In this document: one piece after another, positions 10,312 through 20,918 of the stretch
Position numbering within the stretch: the first letter of the stretch is position 1
Layout of the letters: each line of letters begins with the position of its first letter
The notes under the pieces: model-generated
Seen by the model: only the letters and a program-made list of their open reading frames with translations
Database searches by the model: none
Told to the model about the DNA's origin: nothing
Translations under genes and position numbers: made by a program
From: an uncultured archaeon
GTDB taxonomy: Archaea; Asgardarchaeota; Thorarchaeia; Thorarchaeales; Thorarchaeaceae
Assembly (NCBI GenBank): GCA_964558645.1
Contig: CAZLEV010000002.1
Span: 320,001 to 384,000 of the forward strand
DNA: 64,000 nucleotides
Reading direction: 5' to 3'

Positions 10312-11253
10312 CTAGAGCTCTACGCGGCCTGCTGTGACCTTGCCGTCATCAACATTGATGACGAATCCCTTTAGAATGCCCTCACGATACTCAGAACCTG
10401 GATTGATGCAGAGGGTCTTGCCAATCTGTCGATACCCCACTGACTCGTGGATATGTCCATGCATGCCTAGGAGAGGCTGATACTTCTCAATAACAGCACG
10501 TACCGACTTGCTGCCCACTGGTTCCATTACCTCATATGCCCCAGACTTCTTGATTCTGTGGTCAGCTGTGAGTGATGGAGCTGTATCGAGTCCAGAGTTG
10601 TGTGGCGGGTCGTGGAAGTTGCAGATCACATTTGAGTAATCATCAGTTTCAAGGCGGGCGAATTCCGCTTCAAGCTTGTCCATTAGTTCTTCATCTGGGC
10701 ACTCCCGATGTGTGTTCCAAGGTGTCGAGTTCACCCACTCGCATGATATCATAGGATATCCTCTTACATCAACGACTCTGTTCAGTGGGTAGATAATCCT
10801 CGGGTCATTCTTGATGACCTCATCGATAGCCCAATCGTCGTCATTTCCTGGATTGACCACAACCATCACATCTTCAGGGATTCTCTCCCTGGCCATATCC
10901 ATCCACAGCTGTATCCTCTCTCTCATCAGGTCTTTGAATAGCTGGGTAATGGCTCCTTCAGTTTCTCTGAGCTTGGCTAGCTCGTCGGGTGTTAGAATCT
11001 TGGGATAGTAACCCTCAGTTTCTACAAATCTGATGAACTTGTCAAGATCTTTCTGCTTCTTGAAGGTCTTCTTATTGCCATATGGCTGCGCATACCAACG
11101 GTCTTCCTTCTCCTGGATGATCGGCATGATTGCCTTTCCAGTAAGATCACCACACATCATGGCTACATCAGCCTTGAACACCTTCGGTGCACGACACATC
11201 TTCTCCCACGTCTGTTGACTTCCGTGGGGGTCTGCTGCTAGGAATATCCGCAT
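10312..11253 (-). CDS. calcineurin-like metallophosphoesterase
   Basis: AADPHGS, CGDLTGK, PGNDD, HDPP, HGHIHES, INPGSEY; start at ATG 11253 (MRIFLAAD). Confidence 0.9.
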   Translation of the reverse strand: MRIFLAADPHGSQQTWEKMCRAPKVFKADVAMMCGDLTGKAIMPIIQEKEDRWYAQPYGNKKTFKKQKDLDKFIRFVETEGYYPKILTPDELAKLRETEGAITQLFKDLMRERIQLWMDMARERIPEDVMVVVNPGNDDDWAIDEVIKNDPRIIYPLNRVVDVRGYPMISCEWVNSTPWNTHRECPDEELMDKLEAEFARLETDDYSNVICNFHDPPHNSGLDTAPSLTADHRIKKSGAYEVMEPVGSKSVRAVIEKYQPLLGMHGHIHESVGYRQIGKTLCINPGSEYREGILKGFVINVDDGKVTAGRVEL

Positions 11254-11435
11254 TGTACTGCCTCTCGGGAATCTTATCTCTCTCTGTACTTGAAAGCTCA
11301 GAACTAGTCTTCGGCTGATTCCGACGTTTAAAGGTATTATGGTGCAACAGCAGCCCAATTTAAGAAATGAAACTCAACAAGTCGTAAGATATTAAAACTC
11401 CGATTGGCTTCTCCAGAGAGTCACTATACGGTCTA

Positions 11436-12242
11436 TTGGAGATTGGTAAATTGTCTGGCAAGTATGGGGCTATTCTTGACGATTTCATGGAAGAAGCCTT
11501 GAGGATTGAGAAAGCAGCAGCAGGAATCGGAGTACCCCTGCGTATTATCGGATGTTTGGCTTTCAGGCTTAAGAGCCCTGAGTATACTGACCTTCACAGG
11601 AAGATGGGTCGAGAGGTCACAGACATTGACTACGTGTCTTACTACAAGTTTCAACAGAAGATAATCAACCTCTTTAGAGATGATCTTGGTTACCATTGGG
11701 TGCCTCCCAGCTTTGCCCGAGCTAGCACTCTTAGAGATCTCTTTATCGACAAGGAAAGAGGACGGAAGGTCGACGTCTTCTATGACCATCTCGAGTTCTG
11801 CCACAAGATCGATTTCAAGAAGAACAAACGTCTAGAAGTTGATGCCCCCACAATCCCTTTGGCTGAGCTGTTTCTCGAGAAGACACAGATTGTTGAGATC
11901 AATGCCAAGGACCTGAAAGACCTCATAATCACGTTTCTTGCTCACGAGGTTAGTGACAACGATGATGATTCCATGATCAACGGCTCCTACATTGCCAAAG
12001 TACTGTCAGATGATTGGGGATTCTACTACACAGTCATCACCAACATCAAAAAGTTCTTGGATTTCATACCAGGAGTTGAGGAGATTACTCAGGAGCAGAC
12101 GGATTTGATAACTAAAAGAGTGATGAAGCTCGCCAAGATGATTGAAGATGAGCCCAAGTCGCGTGGGTGGAGAAGACGTGCCAAAGTGGGCACAAAGCAG
12201 CGATGGTACAAGATTGTGGACTCTATGGATGGAACCCGATAA
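11436..12242 (+). CDS. nucleotidyltransferase-fold hypothetical protein
   Basis: LRIIGCLAF...TDIDY, KVDVFYD, LEKTQIVEINAKD motifs. Confidence 0.65.
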   Translation: MEIGKLSGKYGAILDDFMEEALRIEKAAAGIGVPLRIIGCLAFRLKSPEYTDLHRKMGREVTDIDYVSYYKFQQKIINLFRDDLGYHWVPPSFARASTLRDLFIDKERGRKVDVFYDHLEFCHKIDFKKNKRLEVDAPTIPLAELFLEKTQIVEINAKDLKDLIITFLAHEVSDNDDDSMINGSYIAKVLSDDWGFYYTVITNIKKFLDFIPGVEEITQEQTDLITKRVMKLAKMIEDEPKSRGWRRRAKVGTKQRWYKIVDSMDGTR

Positions 12243-12266
12243 ACAGACTAGAGCAGGTTCAGAGGT

Positions 12267-13397
12267 TTGGCAACAATGAAGCTGTCGATACAGAACGCTT
12301 ATGATATGCTTACTGGAGTTGGGATTCTTGGAACTGGCGGTGGCGGCGACCCCGTAGGCTTCGGGAAGCCCATGGTGGATTGGGACTACAGAAAGGGGCG
12401 AGTCTACGAAGCAACACCTTCATCAGAAATCAAGGATGATGCCTTCATCGTCTGTGGAGGTTACATGGGTTCTGTCAGTGCTTTCACATCCATAGGGGAT
12501 ATGCTGAAGACATGGGAAACTCGTTACGAACTCCACGAAGCCATGAAGGTGTCAGAGAGGATTACTGGGAAGAAGGTTGACCATCTTGTACCCTTCGAGC
12601 TTGGAGGCACAAACACAACGGTCATGCTCTCGCTGGCCGCTCGTGCTGGAATCACAACAGTCGACGGCGATGGTCTTGGCCGGTCCGCACCTGAAACTCA
12701 GATGATTACCTTCGTTGGCTATGGAATCGAACTCTGTCCGATGCCAGTGGTATCAAAGAACGGAAGCATAATCATCGTTGAGAAGACAACATCTCCCGCA
12801 CTTGCAGATGAGATTGGTCGGTTTGCCGTGGTCAAGGATGGCGGGGCCGGGGCAAATAATCATTACTACCAAACAGGCGCACAGCTTAAGGAGGCTGTAG
12901 TTCCTGATAGCATCTCGAAATCGATTCGGCTTGGTGAGGCGATACGGGATGCCAATGAAAACAAGCAAGATCCGATCGAGGCGTTCTTGGATATCATGCC
13001 TGATTCCCAAAGAGTGGCTTCGGGGAAGATTACTGAAGTAAAAGGGGAAGACAGGGCAGGACACTGGCATGTGTCTGTGACCATTGCTCCAGATGATCTC
13101 AAGGGCAATCTCCAGATAGTCGTGAAGAACGAGTACATGATGGCCCTCTTTGATGACGAACCCATCGTCATGTTTCCTGATTTGATCTGCATCCATTATC
13201 CGGATACTGGTCATGGTGTTATGAGTTCCAACCTCAAAGAGGGCATGGATATTGTTGTCACAGCGATGCCCGCACACGAGAGGCTGAGGTACGCGGCAAA
13301 CACAGAAATTGGCAGGAAGGCGTTTTCGCCCGAACGATATGGACACCCTGAGCTGAAATACAAGCCCATGGAAGATATTATTGGGCGGCTTGGCTAG
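12267..13397 (+). CDS. DUF917 family protein (second paralog)
   Basis: GILGTGGGG, FELGGTN, VDGDGLGRSAPE, KNEY, FPDLI. Confidence 0.9.
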   Translation: MATMKLSIQNAYDMLTGVGILGTGGGGDPVGFGKPMVDWDYRKGRVYEATPSSEIKDDAFIVCGGYMGSVSAFTSIGDMLKTWETRYELHEAMKVSERITGKKVDHLVPFELGGTNTTVMLSLAARAGITTVDGDGLGRSAPETQMITFVGYGIELCPMPVVSKNGSIIIVEKTTSPALADEIGRFAVVKDGGAGANNHYYQTGAQLKEAVVPDSISKSIRLGEAIRDANENKQDPIEAFLDIMPDSQRVASGKITEVKGEDRAGHWHVSVTIAPDDLKGNLQIVVKNEYMMALFDDEPIVMFPDLICIHYPDTGHGVMSSNLKEGMDIVVTAMPAHERLRYAANTEIGRKAFSPERYGHPELKYKPMEDIIGRLG

Positions 13398-13456
13398 ACG
13401 GAGAAAGAGAATCCCTCTTCTTGGAACGAGGGAATTCACAATGGAGTATGTGCCAC

Positions 13457-14227
13457 ATGACACGTCTTGCACTCATCGGGGCCACTGGGATTGATTGGTG
13501 GACTAATCCAAAGAAGAGATCGTACATCATGAAACACGTTCCAGAAGGTTCTGAAGTTGGAAATATGACCCCGCGACATGGTACTCACAGTGTGGAGTCG
13601 CTAGCCGATGAGGCCTATAATGCACCTTTCATCCTCGAGCAAATTGTTCGTGCTAACAGGGAGGGTTATGATGTCATAGTAATTGACTGCGCCTGCGACC
13701 CTATTCTCGAGGCGGCTCGAGAGGTTTCACAGATTCCTGTTGTGGGTCCCAGGAACACCTCGCTGCATCTTGCTCTCACTCTTGGAACCCGTTTTGGGGT
13801 GGTCACTGTACAAGGTGAGTCATTGAAACGGTGTTTTGAATATGGTATCAGAAAGGAGGGTCTGGAGCCCTTCTGTGCCGGTGTCAAGTACTTGGACATT
13901 CCAGTTCTTGAAATCTCAAAGAAGCCAGAGGATGCTCAAAAGGAGATACTGACCCGGAGCAGGGAACTTATTGAGGGAGATGGCGCCGACGTAATTGTCC
14001 TAGGTTGCACCGCCCTCTCTTACGAGGTTGACCTCCATCCCATCATGGAACAACTAGGCGTTCCTGTGATTGATCCTTGGGTGGTCGCGATGAGGACGGC
14101 CTTCTTACTTGTGGAATCCGGACTCTCACACAGTAAGGTTGCCTATCCAAGTCCGCCCCCAAAGAGGGTGAATGAGGCACCTTCCTTAAAGGGAGCGTTC
14201 GATGGTATCCTCAAGGAGAGGTCATGA
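13457..14227 (+). CDS. Asp/Glu/hydantoin racemase family protein
   Basis: VIDCACDP and GADVIVLGCT catalytic Cys motifs, GVPVIDP, LSHSKVAYP. Confidence 0.9.
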   Translation: MTRLALIGATGIDWWTNPKKRSYIMKHVPEGSEVGNMTPRHGTHSVESLADEAYNAPFILEQIVRANREGYDVIVIDCACDPILEAAREVSQIPVVGPRNTSLHLALTLGTRFGVVTVQGESLKRCFEYGIRKEGLEPFCAGVKYLDIPVLEISKKPEDAQKEILTRSRELIEGDGADVIVLGCTALSYEVDLHPIMEQLGVPVIDPWVVAMRTAFLLVESGLSHSKVAYPSPPPKRVNEAPSLKGAFDGILKERS

Positions 14228-15467
14228 CCTGCCCATCCCTTCTCAATAATGGCATAATCCCAATGAGTACAATCAATGAGAGCACCGTACACATTAGGTA
14301 GGGCAGATTGATAACGAAGTCTGCTAACCAGCCGCCAAGAATGGGACCAATAAAGAGCCCCAAGCCACCCATACTCTCAACCAGGCCAGCATAGGACCCC
14401 TTATCGATCTCAGTGGCGGATACAATGAGATAGATAGCACCGAGATAGCTGAAGCCTACGGCTACTCCCGATACAACCATGGCAATCGTGAGCATCCAGA
14501 AGTCAGTGAACACAAACAAGACCAGAGAAGAGATTCCTGATAATATGGCTCCACATGTTATCACTGAGCCCATGAATCGGTCCGGTAGTCGAGCCGTGAT
14601 TATGAAGGCCACAGTCCGGATTCCGTTCCAGACCAGCAACATGACTCCCCACTGGTCTGCCCCCAAACCCGGCAGCGATTCAACATATGATGGGAATAAT
14701 GCCAGAACAACTGTGGATACTACACCCCACAGCAAGATTGAGAGATATGAGGCAATAAATCTGGGACTGGTCCTAGATGCCTTCTTAGGCGAGATAAATG
14801 AATTCTCTGAGGGTTGGAGTTCATCCATTCTTTCAGCAAAAAACGTAGTCTTTCTCCGATATCCATGTAAGAACCCTCCAATAAGTCCCAGAGATATGAG
14901 TTCAATCGCCAACACAACGTAGATTGGTGCTTGTGGTGTATAGAGCCCTTGGACATAGGCTATGACGAAGGGGCTCATAATCATTCCAGCACTCCAGGAA
15001 GTCGAAAAGTTGCCTAAGACCTCACACTCGGCCTCTGGGGTCAATTCGGCCAGCATTCCTTCGATAGACGGAGCGATAAATCCGTATACCAATCCTTCGA
15101 GTGCTCTAATGCTGATAAGGTACAACGGACTGGCAAAAGGATTCAAATACAGAATAAGAACGACGACGTAGGCAGACGTTGCTATCATTAGTGAGAGTTT
15201 TCTTCCTACCCGATCTGAGAACCGTCCTCCTAATGCAGGAGATATCATATAAACCGCTCCAAACGAGCCCATTGCCCATCCTATTTCAAATCCGCTGCCG
15301 CCTAAGATGCCGGTGTACCAAGGCGCAAATATCTCTGTAGTACCTAGAGTGAAGGTGACAAGGAAGGTAGACACATATGCTATGATTCGATTTCTTCGTT
15401 TGGAGGCGGACGGTAAGTCGACCGCCTCATCGTCACCTAGGCAAAAGAACTCCACTGGCTGTGTCAT
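14211..15467 (-). CDS. MFS transporter
   Basis: GRFSDRVGRK motif A, about 12 TM. Confidence 0.9.
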   Translation of the reverse strand: MTQPVEFFCLGDDEAVDLPSASKRRNRIIAYVSTFLVTFTLGTTEIFAPWYTGILGGSGFEIGWAMGSFGAVYMISPALGGRFSDRVGRKLSLMIATSAYVVVLILYLNPFASPLYLISIRALEGLVYGFIAPSIEGMLAELTPEAECEVLGNFSTSWSAGMIMSPFVIAYVQGLYTPQAPIYVVLAIELISLGLIGGFLHGYRRKTTFFAERMDELQPSENSFISPKKASRTSPRFIASYLSILLWGVVSTVVLALFPSYVESLPGLGADQWGVMLLVWNGIRTVAFIITARLPDRFMGSVITCGAILSGISSLVLFVFTDFWMLTIAMVVSGVAVGFSYLGAIYLIVSATEIDKGSYAGLVESMGGLGLFIGPILGGWLADFVINLPYLMCTVLSLIVLIGIMPLLRRDGQVMTSP

Positions 15468-15511
15468 TGATGAGGTCCCCGATTTTGGTGATGTTGGTTT
15501 TTGCTAGAAGG

Positions 15512-16519
15512 TCACTCGAGATGCGGAGCAATCTCGCTCGCTAATATCTCTGCTGTTTGAATGGGATTCGTGCCAGGAACCGGGAAGGCGACAACAGTGT
15601 TTGCACCTGCGTCTATTATCTCCTGCAGCTGTTTTGTACAGGACTCGATGTCGCCAACAACCCCTAGTGTCACGACCATCTTGTCCGTGATTAGCTCTCC
15701 TACGTCTTCTCCGGCTTCTTCTGCCCTTCGAAAGGCGAGGGTATCCTCGTCCTTGATTCCTGCACGCTCCATCAGGGGACCGCCCGGTTGAGAGTGAGGC
15801 AAGTAGAGTTTCATCAAATTCCTTGCAAGGCCTATTGCCTTGTCAGTATCTTCATCTATCACCATGGGGAGGTATGAAACCATCTCGAAGTCTTCGGTAG
15901 ATCTTCCCGCTTTCTCTGCGCCGAGTTCGACTCTGTCCCATGCCCATTTGACATAGCTCGCGGTGTTGAAGATGGAGAGAATCGCACCATCGCCAATCTC
16001 TCCGGCAAGTTTGAGCCCCATCTTTCCTTCAAAAGCCAGGTAGATTGGCGGGTTATTTCTTACAGGTTGGAAGATGAGCTTCACATCTTCTGCCTTGAAG
16101 AACTGTCCGTCGAACGTGACGCTGTCCCCTGTCAGTATCTTCCTGATTAGCTCGGTGCATTCTCTCGTGCGAGAGAGAGGCTTCTTCACAGGAAAACCCA
16201 TCTGTTGCATCCAAAACGGGACTCCTGAGCCGATTCCGAATACTGCTCTCTTGCTAGACATCTCGTCAATCGTCGCAAATTCCATTGCTATTAGAGCTGG
16301 ATGCCGGGAATACGGATTCACTACTCCCAATCCTATCCTCACGTGTTCTGTGGCCATGGAGGCAGCAGCCATGTATGGAATACCTCCTCTGAAGAAGTAG
16401 TCCTCAGCAAACCAGACTGAACCAAGCCCAAACCTCTCGGTTGCTACAGCCATCTCAACGGCTTCGGAGACTGGAAAGACTCCGGTCATTGCCAACCCTA
16501 TTTCCTTGAATCCTTTCAT
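15512..16519 (-). CDS. LLM class (Mer-like, possibly F420-dependent) oxidoreductase
   Basis: WFAEDY, IGLGVVNPYSRHPA, PPIYLA...LAGEIGDG. Confidence 0.85.
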   Translation of the reverse strand: MKGFKEIGLAMTGVFPVSEAVEMAVATERFGLGSVWFAEDYFFRGGIPYMAAASMATEHVRIGLGVVNPYSRHPALIAMEFATIDEMSSKRAVFGIGSGVPFWMQQMGFPVKKPLSRTRECTELIRKILTGDSVTFDGQFFKAEDVKLIFQPVRNNPPIYLAFEGKMGLKLAGEIGDGAILSIFNTASYVKWAWDRVELGAEKAGRSTEDFEMVSYLPMVIDEDTDKAIGLARNLMKLYLPHSQPGGPLMERAGIKDEDTLAFRRAEEAGEDVGELITDKMVVTLGVVGDIESCTKQLQEIIDAGANTVVAFPVPGTNPIQTAEILASEIAPHLE

Positions 16520-16574
16520 TCTGCTACTGTCTCCTATCTATTGTAAAGGAGATGAAGAGGGCTTGCCTCCTCAC

Positions 16575-18494
16575 CTAGGGCAGCTTCCCAATCTCATCCA
16601 AGTACTCCGCCACGTCGTTGAGACTCAGTTTCTCAAGTGTTTCTCTGGTGGGCCAGCTGGTTTCCTTATCCCATTCGTGGAGTGCATAGTACCTGTCAAG
16701 CATTTGGTCGAGCTCCTCTTGTGAGTTCTTCTCGCCCTTGAGAGGACCTGAAGCTGCACCTTCGTTCATGAGTCGCCACGGGAGATTATCGTGCTCTCGT
16801 GTGGCGCCACGGGTCACATTGAATGCCTTCTCAAGAGTTACTACCCTTCGGCCTGTTTCCATAATCTTGTCTTCATTCATCGGGATACCTGTGGCCGCCT
16901 CAAACAAGCGGGCCATGTTGTCGGGGTTAACACCGTAGGCTGCAGTAGACGTGAACACGCAGAAGCCGAGAGCCTCAGTTATCTCATAGCAGTCCTCGTG
17001 CCAACGCACTATCTCTGCTCTATAGTCAGTGAAATGAGGTGAGGCCCATTTCTTATCACCCGTGAGCTTCTCTATGAGTTCGACCGCCTCTGGGCTTGCC
17101 CCAAACTCAGCAAAGGTCTCAGTCATGAGGTGGTCATTTCCTCTCGGGTTAACGGCGAAAGCTAGAGCGTATGCTTTGGCTGAGCGTGTTTCGACATTTG
17201 ACTGCTCAAGACCCTTAGCATTTATGATTGCCCATTTGTACGAGTCTTGGCCTATCTTTTCGGTGGCTATCTTCAGGCCGTCGGCCAAAAGGTTTCCGAG
17301 CTTGCCTTCTCTCTTGGCAATGGCCTCAATCGTTTTGAGGGTTTCATCAATCTTACCCCAACCAAGGTCGAGTCCGTTAGTGTCCTCCTTCTTCAGGATG
17401 CCTCTCTCATAGCTCTCAATGGCCCATTGTGTGACTGTCCCTGCTGAGATCGTGTCAAGACCAAGCCTGTTGCAGGTTTCGTTGAGAATCAGAACTCCCT
17501 CGGTGCTAATGATGCCCGGCCCGTTGCCCAGCGCACCAAAGGTTTCGTATTCTGGGCCTCCACTAGCAATTCCGGCATTCTCTCCCTGGTCAATTGTGGA
17601 ATACCTGTGACACCCTATGGTACAACCAAAGCAGGCCACTCGTCTCTTGAGATAACCTTGTTCGGTAAGAGCTTGGCCCGTTATGGGATAGACGTTTGGT
17701 GTGTAACCCGTCTGCCAGTTCTTACCTGGGAACGCATGTAGCTCATTGACACCCGCAAGTGAACCAGAAGTGCCGTGTTCGTGTAGGCTAATTGCTCCGC
17801 TGTCGCTTCGCAGGTTCTCTCTCATCTCCTCTGCAGTTTCTGCGAACTTCTTTGGATCCTTAACCTTAACGGGCTTGGTTCCCTTGACCGAGATGGCCTT
17901 CAGCTTCTTCTTGCCCATCACTGCAGCACCACCACCCCTTCCCGCCGCGTGATATACGGAGCAATGGATAGACGCCGCTCGTACTAGATTTTCGCCTGCG
18001 GGACCGATATAGAGACCTTTCGAGTCTTCTCCATGCTTCTTCTTGAGCCATGCGTCTGTTTCAATTATGTCCCGGCCCCATAGTTCCTTTGCGTCAAGTA
18101 TCTCTACGTTGTCATCCTCAATATGAATATAGACTGGCTTGTCTGACTGTCCATGAACCACAAGATGATCATAGCCTGCAAACTTCAATTCGGCCCCCCA
18201 ATGCCCACCAGTATTGCTCTTCAGGTACAATCCAGTCGTACAGCCCACAGTGGTCACGGATGTCCTACCTGATGCCGGAGCAGTCGTTCCCGTGAGTGCA
18301 CCAGGGGCGTAGATGATGACATTTTTCGGGTCGTCCCAAGTAATCCCAGGATCCTTGCAGTAGTCCCAGAGAAGACGTGCATTTATTCCTCTTGAGCCTA
18401 TGTAGAGTTCTCTCCACTCTTGGGGTAGACCTTCCTCCCATATCTTTCCATCGCTTAGGTCGACGTGTAGAATCTTGCCTTGATGTCCGTACAT
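16575..18494 (-). CDS. aor: aldehyde:ferredoxin oxidoreductase family (W/Mo)
   Basis: GKILHVDLS, GGHWGAELKFAGYD, IGPAGEN, GRGGGAAVMG, CFGCTIGC, GPEYE, GLDTIS. Confidence 0.93.
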   Translation of the reverse strand: MYGHQGKILHVDLSDGKIWEEGLPQEWRELYIGSRGINARLLWDYCKDPGITWDDPKNVIIYAPGALTGTTAPASGRTSVTTVGCTTGLYLKSNTGGHWGAELKFAGYDHLVVHGQSDKPVYIHIEDDNVEILDAKELWGRDIIETDAWLKKKHGEDSKGLYIGPAGENLVRAASIHCSVYHAAGRGGGAAVMGKKKLKAISVKGTKPVKVKDPKKFAETAEEMRENLRSDSGAISLHEHGTSGSLAGVNELHAFPGKNWQTGYTPNVYPITGQALTEQGYLKRRVACFGCTIGCHRYSTIDQGENAGIASGGPEYETFGALGNGPGIISTEGVLILNETCNRLGLDTISAGTVTQWAIESYERGILKKEDTNGLDLGWGKIDETLKTIEAIAKREGKLGNLLADGLKIATEKIGQDSYKWAIINAKGLEQSNVETRSAKAYALAFAVNPRGNDHLMTETFAEFGASPEAVELIEKLTGDKKWASPHFTDYRAEIVRWHEDCYEITEALGFCVFTSTAAYGVNPDNMARLFEAATGIPMNEDKIMETGRRVVTLEKAFNVTRGATREHDNLPWRLMNEGAASGPLKGEKNSQEELDQMLDRYYALHEWDKETSWPTRETLEKLSLNDVAEYLDEIGKLP

Positions 18495-18497
18495 TGC

Positions 18498-18989
18498 TTA
18501 TCTACCCTCCTTCTTCATGTTTCGGTACATAGCCATTCGGGCTGAACGGAGCTTCTTCTTCTGCGTCATTGCTTCTGGAGTTGCATCCACCCAAGTCAAA
18601 GCTTCCGGCACACAGTGTTTCACACAGTAGGGGTCGCCTCCACAGAGGTCGCAGATGAGGGGAACACTGGTTTCTGGATGTAGTCTTATACCATGATAGG
18701 GGCATGCATCAACACACGAACCACATTGTGTGCAGATCTCGGCATCTACAGAGATGATTCCGGTCTTCTCGCTTCGTGAAAGCGCACCCTCTGGACATGA
18801 ATCAATGCATGGATACGCATCACACTGTTCGCAGAGCAGCTGGATGCCCAGGGCGATATCCTCAAACTTCATCACCTTGATTCGCCCGCGGGCTGGGTCA
18901 AAGAGGTCTTCTTTGATAAATGAACATGCGAGGTCACACTGCTTGCAACCCGTGCACTTGTCCATATCAACAAGTAGCAGTTTCTCCAT
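18498..18989 (-). CDS. 4Fe-4S dicluster ferredoxin subunit (AOR partner)
   Basis: CTGCKQCDLAC, CEQC..CIDSCP, CTQCGSCVDACP, CDLC..CVKHC. Confidence 0.92.
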   Translation of the reverse strand: MEKLLLVDMDKCTGCKQCDLACSFIKEDLFDPARGRIKVMKFEDIALGIQLLCEQCDAYPCIDSCPEGALSRSEKTGIISVDAEICTQCGSCVDACPYHGIRLHPETSVPLICDLCGGDPYCVKHCVPEALTWVDATPEAMTQKKKLRSARMAMYRNMKKEGR

Positions 18990-20200
18990 TTTGTCATCAG
19001 TCCGTTTCTTAAACTTAGTAATACGCTCACACTTTCACATTTTAATTCTGCCGTTTCCGTCCTGAATGGTTTTACATATCGTGGTCACTATTTCCCAAAG
19101 CCTGTTCTCGAGGGCACTAATAACCTTCTTAGTTTCTGTTACCAAGAGGAATTTCACAGGGATGTTTTGATTAAAGTCTGAATATTAACAATTTGATGTG
19201 CATAACTCAACCAGTCACTCTTGGTACAGATTCAGTCGTATCAACAGCAACTCGACGTTTGGGGTGCGAACCAAGTACGCCCACAGCGAACACGTCAATA
19301 GTGTCAAGTCGGCCTGTGGTGTAGTGCCGAAGGTGACTGAAGACCGAAGGCAGTCCCACCACTACGAGGCGCAAACACATCAGTATTCTGCAAATGCGTA
19401 GACTTAGTACTCGATACCACCTGCCTAGAATTCCTTCGCCCGATGCGTTCCCAACCCCTCAACCACATACTGTGACATCATATTGTGCCTGCGGATGGAA
19501 CAACATAGCAGTCGCCACTCGATGACAAGTCCCTCAACGGTATGGTTTCTCATTACTCGTGCGGCCTCTGTGGCATATTCCTGATTCCAGTATCTGTTGA
19601 GAAAATCGTATCCGATTTCAACACAGGGTACGGACTGTCAGTAAGTTGCTCTCAGAGGAGATTATGGTGCTCAAGGGCTTGGACGGACTCCTCTGCATCA
19701 TCATCTGAAAAGATTGGACATCTAAGAGAATGTGAGTAATGTGACTGGAAGAGTACTGCGATAGCGGTGAAATACAAGAACTGTGAGCGGTGTTATAGCC
19801 TGTACGACATAAGGCCGGTGTTATCTCCGGACCAACTGACATATCAGAATGAGAATAGAGGAAAACAGGATTGTAGAATCCTTCACCAAACCTGCCTACG
19901 TGCCACAGAAGTAGAAACGGCTCTCCGGCAAGACGTAACGCCATGTGCCCTTCCTTCTTTTTCTTTTCTTTCACTCAGCAAGAGGATCCGCTTCTGTCCT
20001 CAGCCGGTTCTCTAGGAGGGGAGATTGCAGTATCGCTGATTGAAACCGATGCTGTCAGATGACGGTACAATGCGTCCAACACTTCTGGTCATCTTGCCCA
20101 CATGATAGAGTATGACCTAGTCAACAGAATCTTGTGATTGGAGGATGAGTCCTGTAATTCCAAAGAGTCTTCAGGTACCGGCCCAGTCATCGAAATGACC

Positions 20201-20884
20201 ATGAAGATCCAGTTCCTTGGCACACGGGCAAACACGGACCTGTCAGCACCATATCACTCGAAGCACTCAGGTGTGCTTGTTGACGGCACGCTGCTCTTCG
20301 ACTTGGGAGAAAGGGAGTTTCTTGACGAGAGTCCCGCAGCAATCTTCATCACCCACCTTCATCCCGACCATGCGATATTCATCAGAGATAACGTTGAGAT
20401 AGACATCGATGCACCAACTTATGCTCCAGAGGAGTACGAGAAGGGCTTTCCCAAGGTCGTGCCTGAAGAGGTCGAAGTTAAGGGATACCGAATTGTTTCG
20501 ATTCCCACAATCCACAGCAAACTCGTCAAATCCAGTGCCTATCTTATCGAGTCTGATACGAGGGTCCTTTACACCGGAGACATGGTCTGGATTGAGAAGG
20601 AGTATCACGACGGACTTGAAGAGCTTGATCTGGTCATCACAGATGGGAGCTTCATCAGGAAGGGAGGCTTCATCATGAGCGACGGGGAGAGTGTCTGGGG
20701 ACACAATGGAATCGGCAAACTGGTCGGCCTGTTTGGTGACTTCACTGACCACATCATCTTCACGCATCTCGGGAGCTGGTTCTATGATGACCCAAGAGAG
20801 GCCCGTAGGAAACTGCGAAGACTCTCGGACAGCATCAAGATTGAGGCTGCATACGATGGAATGGAAGTTATCGTGGGTGACTGA
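20201..20884 (+). CDS. MBL-fold metallo-hydrolase
   Basis: MKIQFLGT, LFDLG, THLHPDH, YTGD, FTHL, AYDGM. Confidence 0.88.
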   Translation: MKIQFLGTRANTDLSAPYHSKHSGVLVDGTLLFDLGEREFLDESPAAIFITHLHPDHAIFIRDNVEIDIDAPTYAPEEYEKGFPKVVPEEVEVKGYRIVSIPTIHSKLVKSSAYLIESDTRVLYTGDMVWIEKEYHDGLEELDLVITDGSFIRKGGFIMSDGESVWGHNGIGKLVGLFGDFTDHIIFTHLGSWFYDDPREARRKLRRLSDSIKIEAAYDGMEVIVGD

Positions 20885-20918
20885 TGCTCAAAGACATCCA
20901 CAAGGCTCACCCCATGGG

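Noticed and set aside
12753-13472. 239-aa minus-strand ORF
   Set aside because: Antisense to a well-supported DUF917 gene; no motifs
19855-20140. RNase P RNA-like words (GAGGAAA, GTGCCACAGAA, GAAACGG, AACAGAA)
   Set aside because: The GAAAGTCC/GGCTTA P4 pairing and the GC-rich helices are missing; probably chance
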